A program made the translations under genes and the position numbers. A stretch of DNA of 11,461 nucleotides from a virus (Duplodnaviria > Heunggongvirae > Uroviricota > Caudoviricetes): IMG/VR virus record IMGVR_UViG_3300027151_000220. The stretch is one strand, 5' to 3'. The stretch's first letter is position 1. Each line of letters begins with the position of its first letter. Positions 5,206-11,461 of the stretch are shown here, one piece after another. The notes beneath the pieces were generated by a model that saw only the letters and a list, made by a program, of their open reading frames with translations, searched no databases and was not told the DNA's origin.

Positions 5206-7815
5206 ATGGCATCAATAATCAGAATTAAGCGTTCGAGTGGAAGTTCCGCTCCAGCCACACTGGGTGATGGTGAGTTAGCCTACTCATCTGGCTCAGGTAA
5301 ATTATACATTGGTTTCGGTACTGAGGTATCGGGCAGTGCACCTCAACAAATCATCGGTGGTAAATTCTACACCGACCTATTATCTGGAACTGCAGGATCT
5401 TGGTCAACGCTAAGTGGTAAAGCAGTTATTCTTGATAACACAGGTAAGATTGACAAATTCCTAGTTGGTGGTTTAGCGTTTGGTGATGTAGCACCTAATA
5501 CAATTAGTGCAGTAAGTGGCGATATTACAATCGCTCCTAACTCTTCTACAGCAATCGTAAGAATCGCTGGTACAAACCAGATGATGATTCCTGCTGGTAC
5601 TACAGCACAAAGAACTACTCCTGCTTACGCTGGTGCAATTCGTTTCAATACAGATCAAAGTTCTTTTGAAGGATACTCAGGTTCCAACTGGTCATCACTA
5701 GGTGGTGTTCGTTCTGTTGATGGATTAACATACATTACTGCAGAATCTTCTCCAGGTGCTTCTGATGACACTCTAAGATTCTATACAGATGGCACTCTTG
5801 CCATGGCTCTAGACACAGATAGTCTAGACATTGAATCTAAAATTGCAACAGTTAATATTAATGCGACTACTGCTTCTTCTAGCACCGCTACAGGTGCATT
5901 AGTTGTTGATGGTGGTGTTGGTATTGCTGGCGATGTGTATATTGGTGGAAATTTAAGTATCGCTGGTACTGACTTAAATATCGGTAGCGTACAGTTTAAT
6001 CAAGGTTTAACTCTATCTGGTTCAACAACTCCTGCAACTGAATACTTCCGCATCACTGATGGTGCTGCAACACCAGTAACCAAGTTCTTAGTTGATACTG
6101 CAAACGGTAATACTTCTATTACTGGAACATTATCTGCAGGTGCTTCTACTCTTTCATCAGCAACTATTAGCAACAATGCTTCTGTTGGTGGAACTCTAGT
6201 AGTCACTGGCAATACAACACTTAATGGATCTTTAGCAGCTGGCGCATCGACTCTTGCTTCTGCTTCTGTAACAGGTAACGCAACTGTTGGTGGAACATTC
6301 GGTGTAACAGGTGCTACAACTCTAGCAGCATTAAGTGCTACAACTGGTTCTTTCTCTAGCACCCTATCATCTACTGGCGACTTCGCTGTCAATACAAACA
6401 AGTTTACTGTTACTGCAGCTTCTGGAAACACTTCTGTTGCAGGAACTTTAGCCGTAACTGGTGCTACAAACTTAAGTAATACTTTAGGTGTTACTGGAGC
6501 GACTACATTAGGTTCAACTCTTGGTGTAACTGGTGCTGCCACTTTCGCAAGTACTGCCAATGTTGATGGCAACTTCTCTATTGCAACTAATAAGTTTACA
6601 GTAGCTGCCACATCAGGTAATACAGCGATTGCTGGAACTCTTGGTGTTTCTGGAGTATCCAATCTTGCTGCATTAAATGCTACAGCAGGTAATTTCTCTA
6701 CAACTCTTGATGTAACTGGTGCTGCTACTTTCTCTAGCACAGTTTCTTCACTAGGAAACTTTGACGTTGGTACTAATAAGTTTACTGTCAATGCTACATC
6801 AGGTAATGCTCAAATTGCTGGTACATTAGGTTTAACTGGCGACTTAGCAATTAACGTAAACAAGTTTACAGTAGCTGCAACATCAGGTAATACAGCGATT
6901 GCTGGCACATTAACTGTATCTGGAGCTACTACGCTAAGTTCTAACTTAGCAATGAGTGGTAATACTATTACTGGTCTTGCTGATCCAGTAAACCCTCAAG
7001 ACGCTGCAACTAAGAACTATGTTGATGCTGCTCGTTCTGGTCTTGATGTTAAACAGTCAGTTCGTGTAACAACTACAGGAAATATTACTCTTTCTGGAAC
7101 TCAGACGATTGATGGAATCGCTGTTGTTTCTGGTGATCGTGTTCTTGTTAAAGACCAAACTACTGCTTCTCAAAACGGTATTTACGTTGTTGCGAACGGA
7201 TCTTGGTCTCGTGCATCAGATGCAGACGCAAACGCTGAAGTTACTTCTGGTTTATTTACTTTCGTTGAAGAAGGTAATACTCAAGCAGCAACTGGATGGG
7301 TATTAACTTCAACTGGAACACTAACAGTTGGAACTTCTCCATTAACATTCGGTTTATTCTCAATCACCAACAATATTGCTGCTGGTGCTGGTCTTATCAA
7401 GAATGGTAACCAATTTGACGTACAAGTTGGAACTGGTATCGCAATCGTTGCAGACACTGTAACTCTAGCTTCTACTGTTGCTGGTGCTGGTTTAACATTC
7501 ACTGGTGGTGTTGTTGATGTAGTTGGAACTGCAAACAGAATTACTGTCAATGCTGATAGTATTGACATCGCATCAACTTATATTGGTCAATCTTCTATTA
7601 CAACTTTAGGTACTATTACCACTGGTGTTTGGAATGGAACTACTATTGGTGCAGGGTATGGTGGTACTGGCGTATCAAGTTACTCTGTTGGTGATTTGTT
7701 GGTTGCTTCTGGTGCTTCTACTCTAAGTAAATTAAGTGTTGGTGTTTCAGGTAAAGTTCTACAGTCAAATGGAACTACTTTAGTCTACGGCGACGTAGAT
7801 GGCGGAACATACTAA
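5206..7815 (+). CDS. Tail/virion fibre protein (869 aa) with N-terminal IRIKRS..P..L..GELAY domain and internal repeats
   Basis: GGAGA RBS at 5194-5198; G/S/T/A-rich with no Cys or His seen; GTTAQR...GAIRFNT...FEGY..W motif; NKFTV repeats; GLADPVNPQDAATKNYVD and GDRVLVKDQ...QNGIYV fibre motifs; ends DGGTY. Confidence 0.85.
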   Translation: MASIIRIKRSSGSSAPATLGDGELAYSSGSGKLYIGFGTEVSGSAPQQIIGGKFYTDLLSGTAGSWSTLSGKAVILDNTGKIDKFLVGGLAFGDVAPNTISAVSGDITIAPNSSTAIVRIAGTNQMMIPAGTTAQRTTPAYAGAIRFNTDQSSFEGYSGSNWSSLGGVRSVDGLTYITAESSPGASDDTLRFYTDGTLAMALDTDSLDIESKIATVNINATTASSSTATGALVVDGGVGIAGDVYIGGNLSIAGTDLNIGSVQFNQGLTLSGSTTPATEYFRITDGAATPVTKFLVDTANGNTSITGTLSAGASTLSSATISNNASVGGTLVVTGNTTLNGSLAAGASTLASASVTGNATVGGTFGVTGATTLAALSATTGSFSSTLSSTGDFAVNTNKFTVTAASGNTSVAGTLAVTGATNLSNTLGVTGATTLGSTLGVTGAATFASTANVDGNFSIATNKFTVAATSGNTAIAGTLGVSGVSNLAALNATAGNFSTTLDVTGAATFSSTVSSLGNFDVGTNKFTVNATSGNAQIAGTLGLTGDLAINVNKFTVAATSGNTAIAGTLTVSGATTLSSNLAMSGNTITGLADPVNPQDAATKNYVDAARSGLDVKQSVRVTTTGNITLSGTQTIDGIAVVSGDRVLVKDQTTASQNGIYVVANGSWSRASDADANAEVTSGLFTFVEEGNTQAATGWVLTSTGTLTVGTSPLTFGLFSITNNIAAGAGLIKNGNQFDVQVGTGIAIVADTVTLASTVAGAGLTFTGGVVDVVGTANRITVNADSIDIASTYIGQSSITTLGTITTGVWNGTTIGAGYGGTGVSSYSVGDLLVASGASTLSKLSVGVSGKVLQSNGTTLVYGDVDGGTY
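6397..6905 (+). repeat. Four intragenic NKFTVxAxSGNxxI/VAGTL repeats, including a 44-nt near-perfect direct repeat
   Basis: Units start at 6397, 6589, 6775, 6859. Nt 6592-6635 and 6862-6905 match at 43/44 positions. A degenerate copy (TKFLVDTANGNTSITGTL) lies near 6080. Confidence 0.9.
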
Positions 7816-7818
7816 ATA
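7812..7818 (+). promoter_or_regulatory. Possible late promoter variant CTAAATA overlapping the stop codon
   Basis: Same heptamer and similar position relative to a downstream hairpin as at 2761. Confidence 0.45.
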
Positions 7819-7829
7819 GCATAAAGAAC

Positions 7830-7851
7830 AGAGGGATTTTTATCCCTCTTT
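7830..7851 (+). terminator. Stem-loop, probable terminator or processing hairpin
   Basis: AGAGGGAT (7830-7837), loop TTTT, ATCCCTCT (7842-7849); only a short T tail. Confidence 0.6.
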
Positions 7852-7883
7852 CAAAATTGAGTTGTCCTTTTTTAAGGTAAATA

Positions 7884-8558
7884 ATGGCCAATACGGTTAA
7901 GTTAAAAAAGTCTTCCGTACTAGGAAAGATCCCACAATCTGCAGATTTAGATTATGGCGAGTTAGCACTTAACTACGCCGATGGGAAACTGTATTTCAAA
8001 GATTCATCAAACGTAATACAGTTGTTTGGTGCATCTTCTGCCACAGATACCTTAACAAACAAAACACTAACTGATAGCACAGTTAATAATACGCCAATTG
8101 GTGGTACTACTCCATCAACTGGCGCATTTACATCTTTATCCGCTACAGGTAATGTTACAGCAGGGCAAAACTTAGTAAGCAATTTCTCCTCGGGTGACGA
8201 GGGTGGTGAGATTACCCTAAACAAACCTGCAACGAATACAACAATTTCCACAAGTGTCACAATTGACGTGTGGCAAAATAAGGTTCGTATTTTTGAAAGT
8301 GGTGGATCAAATCGTGGTGCATTTATTGATTTATCTGCTGCAGTCGGTGGAGTTGGATCAAACCTTTTAACAGGTGGGTCGCAGGGAACCACATTACCAT
8401 CTCAAACTGGGAATGCAGGAAAATATTTAACAACCGATGGATCGGTACTATCTTGGGCAGCTGTTGCTGGTAGTGGTGGGTTTCCAGTTGTTGATGCAGG
8501 ATTAATTACAGAGTCTATAAATATGTCTGCAATGGTAGATGCGGGAACTATAGCGTAA
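7884..8558 (+). CDS. Short fibre/adaptor protein (224 aa) with N-terminal VKLKKS..P...L..GELALN domain
   Basis: N-terminus similar to that of ORF 5206 (GELA...GKLY); TLTNKTL and LPSQTGNAGKYLTTDGSVLSW fibre motifs; ends with two D-A-G-x-I motifs; AAGG RBS. Confidence 0.8.
   Translation: MANTVKLKKSSVLGKIPQSADLDYGELALNYADGKLYFKDSSNVIQLFGASSATDTLTNKTLTDSTVNNTPIGGTTPSTGAFTSLSATGNVTAGQNLVSNFSSGDEGGEITLNKPATNTTISTSVTIDVWQNKVRIFESGGSNRGAFIDLSAAVGGVGSNLLTGGSQGTTLPSQTGNAGKYLTTDGSVLSWAAVAGSGGFPVVDAGLITESINMSAMVDAGTIA
8516..8523 (+). promoter_or_regulatory. T4-type late promoter TATAAATA embedded in the 3' end of ORF 7884
   Basis: Exact match about 45 nt upstream of ATG 8569. Confidence 0.65.
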
Positions 8559-8568
8559 AAGGTAAAGA

Positions 8569-11461
8569 ATGGCACTCCAAATACAATTAAGACGTGGTAC
8601 ACATAGCCAACATAGTACATTCACAGGTGTCCTTGGTGAAGTAACAGTCAATACCACAAATAACTCTTTACATATGCATGATGGCACCAGTCCTGGTGGC
8701 CATGAATTAGCAAAAGTAAATTTCAGTAACGTAGCTTCTGGCGCAATCGCCAACTCTAAGCTAGCGAACTCAACAATTTCTGGTGTTGCTCTTGGCTCAA
8801 ACTTAGCAACATTAACTATCGGCACTGGTTTAACTGGTGCTGCTTATAATGGTTCATCTGCATCTACAGTTTCTCTAGCAGCTTCTGGCGTAACTGCTGG
8901 TTCTTATGGTTCTTCAACAGCAGTTCCTGTTTTAACCATCGATACATATGGTCGTGTAACTTTAGCAGGTACTGCTGCAATCTCAGGTGCTTTAACATTT
9001 ACTGGGGATGTTTCTGGTTCTGGAACAACTGGAACAACTACAACACTAACTCTTGCTACAGTTAATTCAAATGTAGGAACATTCACCAAACTAACAGTAA
9101 ACGGTAAGGGTCTTGTAACTGCAGCTTCAAATGCTACTACTGCAGATATTGCAGAGAGTGGTAATCTATATTACACTCAAGCCAGATTTGATTCTGCTTT
9201 TGCTGCCAAGTCAACAACTAATTTGGCAGAAGGAACAAATCTTTACTATACTCAAAATAGATTTGATGCTGCTCTTGGCGCAAAGACTACAGATAATTTA
9301 ACTGAAGGTTCGTCAAATCTATATTTCACTACTTCTCGTGCACGTGCTTCAGTTTCAGCAGGAACTGGAATTACATACAGTAATACTACTGGTGTAATTT
9401 CCACTGCACAAGATATTTCTACTACTTCTTCTCCAGTATTTGCTGCTATCACGTCAACAGGAGCAATAACTGCTGGAAGTTTAACTGTAAGTGGCGATTT
9501 AACTGTTAACGGAACGACTACTACTGTTAACTCTACTACACTAACAGTAGACGATAAAAATATTGAATTGGGTTCTGTTGCAAGTCCTTCTAATGCTACT
9601 GCTGATGGTGGTGGTATTACTCTTAAAGGTACTACTGACAAAACATTTAACTGGGTATCGGCAAGTGCAGCTTGGACTTCATCTGAACACTTAGCTTTAG
9701 CAGCAGGAAAAACTTTACTACTGAATGGTTCTACATCAGGAACTGTTACTGTTCAAGTTCCTGCAGCAGCTGGCGCAACAACCATCACTCTACCAGCTAC
9801 TACTGGTACTGTTGTTACAACAGGTGACACAGGAACTGTAACCAATGCAATGTTGGCTGGTTCAATCGCCAACGCAAAACTATCAAATAGTTCTGTAACA
9901 ATTAATGGTCAAACAGTATCTCTTGGTGGATCTACCACTGTTACAGCAACTGCTACAAACGCATTAACTATTGGAACTGGATTAACAGGAACATCTTATA
10001 ATGGATCATCTGCAGTAACTATCGGTATTGATTCAACTGTTGTTACTTTAACTGGAACACAGACTTTATCAAATAAGTCCTTATCTGATAGCACAACATA
10101 TTTTGTTGATGAAACAGATGCAACTAAAAAGATGCAAATTCAAGTATCAGGTATTACATCTGGTACTACACGAGTATTAACAGCACCAAACGTAGATGGT
10201 ACTATCGTCACAACTGGCGATACAGGAACTGTTACATCAGCAATGATTGCCAATGGCACTATTGTTAATGATGACATTAGTGCAACTGCAGCAATCGCAT
10301 CATCTAAGATTGCAGGTCTCGCTGCTTCCGCTACAACTGATACAACAAATGCATCAAATATTTCTTCAGGAACATTGGCAGCTGGAAGATTACCAGCATT
10401 CACTGGAGATGCAACTTCAAGTGCAGGATCTTCTGCTTTAACACTATCAGCATCTGGCGTTACTGCAGGAACTTATGGTTCTTCTACCGCAGTTCCTGTA
10501 TTGACTGTAGATGCTAAAGGTAGAATCACTGTTGCTTCTACCGCATCAATTTCTGGTGCAATTACTTTAAGTGGTGATGTTTCTGGAACTGGCACAACAG
10601 GTTCGACAACTAACGTCACTTTAGCAACAGTAAACTCAAATGTAGGAACATTTGGTTCTTCAACAGCGATTCCAACTATCACTGTAAATGCTAAAGGTTT
10701 GGTAACTGGTGTTTCTACAACTGCAGTATTCATTCCTTCAAGTTCTATTGCTGTTACTGGTGGCGATTTAACATTATCTGGAACCACTGGCGCAGATATA
10801 ACTAATGCGACTCTGGCAGCAACTGGTATCGGTGCTGGAACTTACACCAAGATTACTGTTGATACTAAAGGTCGTGCTACAGTAGGTGCACAAGCTACTA
10901 CTTCAGATATTGCTGAGGGAAGCAATCTTTATTATACAGATGCTCGTGCAAGAGCTGCTCATTCAGCTGGAACTGGTATTTCATATAACAGTGGCACTGG
11001 TGCGATTGCTGTAGATACATCCACTATCGCAACACAAACTTATGTTAATACAAAGGTAGCAGACTTAGTAGGTTCTACTCCTGCTACATTAGATACTTTA
11101 CAAGAGTTAGCGACAGCAATTGGCAACGATCCAAACTATGCTTCTACGCTAACTACTTTAGTTGGTACCAAATTAAATACTGCAGATTTTACTTCTACAG
11201 CAAATACTTGGCTTGGAACTAAGTCAACTACAAACTTAGCTGAAGGAACTAATCTTTATTTCACTAATGCGAGAGCAAGAAGTGCTATTAGTGCCAGTGG
11301 CAACTTATCTTATAACTCAACTACTGGTGTAATTAGTTATAGTAATCCAACTACAGATAGTGTTACAGAAGGTTCTACTAACCTTTATTTCACTACCACT
11401 AGAGCTAATACTGCATTTGATAATCGTTTAGGATCAAAATCTACTTCAGACCTCTCTGAAG
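8569..11461 (+). CDS. Long fibre protein, 3'-truncated (>964 aa), with Mtd N-terminal-like domain; absent from the ORF track
   Basis: Translated by hand: MALQIQLRRGTHSQHSTFTGVLGEVTVNTTNNSLHMHDGTSPGGHELAK..., no stop codon to the window end. The N-terminus resembles the Bordetella phage Mtd N-terminal domain (QFRGGT..QH..FTG..REITV...HDG.T.GG). Contains the PATLDTLQELATAIGNDPNYA fibre motif (about 11080-11142). AAGG RBS at 8559-8562. Confidence 0.9.
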   Translation, partial: MALQIQLRRGTHSQHSTFTGVLGEVTVNTTNNSLHMHDGTSPGGHELAKVNFSNVASGAIANSKLANSTISGVALGSNLATLTIGTGLTGAAYNGSSASTVSLAASGVTAGSYGSSTAVPVLTIDTYGRVTLAGTAAISGALTFTGDVSGSGTTGTTTTLTLATVNSNVGTFTKLTVNGKGLVTAASNATTADIAESGNLYYTQARFDSAFAAKSTTNLAEGTNLYYTQNRFDAALGAKTTDNLTEGSSNLYFTTSRARASVSAGTGITYSNTTGVISTAQDISTTSSPVFAAITSTGAITAGSLTVSGDLTVNGTTTTVNSTTLTVDDKNIELGSVASPSNATADGGGITLKGTTDKTFNWVSASAAWTSSEHLALAAGKTLLLNGSTSGTVTVQVPAAAGATTITLPATTGTVVTTGDTGTVTNAMLAGSIANAKLSNSSVTINGQTVSLGGSTTVTATATNALTIGTGLTGTSYNGSSAVTIGIDSTVVTLTGTQTLSNKSLSDSTTYFVDETDATKKMQIQVSGITSGTTRVLTAPNVDGTIVTTGDTGTVTSAMIANGTIVNDDISATAAIASSKIAGLAASATTDTTNASNISSGTLAAGRLPAFTGDATSSAGSSALTLSASGVTAGTYGSSTAVPVLTVDAKGRITVASTASISGAITLSGDVSGTGTTGSTTNVTLATVNSNVGTFGSSTAIPTITVNAKGLVTGVSTTAVFIPSSSIAVTGGDLTLSGTTGADITNATLAATGIGAGTYTKITVDTKGRATVGAQATTSDIAEGSNLYYTDARARAAHSAGTGISYNSGTGAIAVDTSTIATQTYVNTKVADLVGSTPATLDTLQELATAIGNDPNYASTLTTLVGTKLNTADFTSTANTWLGTKSTTNLAEGTNLYFTNARARSAISASGNLSYNSTTGVISYSNPTTDSVTEGSTNLYFTTTRANTAFDNRLGSKSTSDLSE
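8881..10653 (+). repeat. Duplicated 68-aa block inside the last fibre gene
   Basis: 8881-9084 vs 10450-10653 align without gaps, 53/68 aa identical by manual count. Confidence 0.9.
9148..11461 (+). repeat. Dispersed (I/L/V)xEG/SxxNLY(Y/F)TxxR repeats
   Basis: Copies start at 9148, 9223, 9298, 10909, 11236, 11362, plus a truncated one at 11452. Confidence 0.85.

Noticed and set aside
6592-6905. 44-nt repeat pair as a DGR template/variable repeat or CRISPR repeat
   Set aside because: Only two copies, both in frame within one gene, a single synonymous mismatch, too short for TR/VR; no RT or cas genes; no regular spacers.
6000-10787. Long minus-strand ORFs (6000-6791, 7281-7568, 7973-8392, 8502-8825, 8904-9089, 9252-9641, 10140-10403, 10473-10787)
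   Set aside because: Antisense shadows of G/S/T/A-rich fibre genes, whose codon usage rarely produces reverse-frame stops; V/P/A-rich products, no RBS or promoter support.
5206-11461. Fibre proteins as thioether substrates of the radical SAM enzyme
   Set aside because: No cysteines seen in ORF 5206, ORF 7884 or the visible part of ORF 8569. Other crosslink chemistries cannot be excluded.
1-11461. tRNA, rRNA, integrase, transposase or intron
   Set aside because: No cloverleaf, rRNA-like sequence, recombinase motifs or interrupted reading frames seen; intergenic gaps are at most 116 bp.

Overview
The window looks like part of a large T4-like (gp55 late-sigma type) bacteriophage genome and has two halves that meet at a divergent late-promoter region (4489-4604). 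Left half (1-4488), an accessory enzyme block: a radical SAM/SPASM protein, a translationally coupled 104-aa unknown, a TRAP-type solute-binding protein (DctP fold) with no signal peptide and no dctQM in the window, a stand-alone asparagine-synthase-like ATP pyrophosphatase (SGGIDS), and a convergent 2OG-Fe(II) oxygenase-fold protein with altered metal ligands. Right half (4605-end), a virion fibre module: a small beta-sandwich structural protein, an 83-aa adaptor-like protein and three Gly/Ser/Thr/Ala-rich fibre genes. The last fibre gene starts at 8569 with an Mtd N-terminal-like domain, runs off the window and is missing from the supplied ORF track. Four exact TATAAATA boxes all sit a short distance upstream of a correctly oriented start codon. 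Main leads: (i) a possibly late-expressed phage peptide/protein-modification cassette next to fibre genes; (ii) a repeating pattern in which each gene ends in a short acidic-Gly motif and the next begins with an Mtd_N-like domain, suggesting head-to-tail chained fibres. Family assignments come from motif recognition by eye, not database searches.
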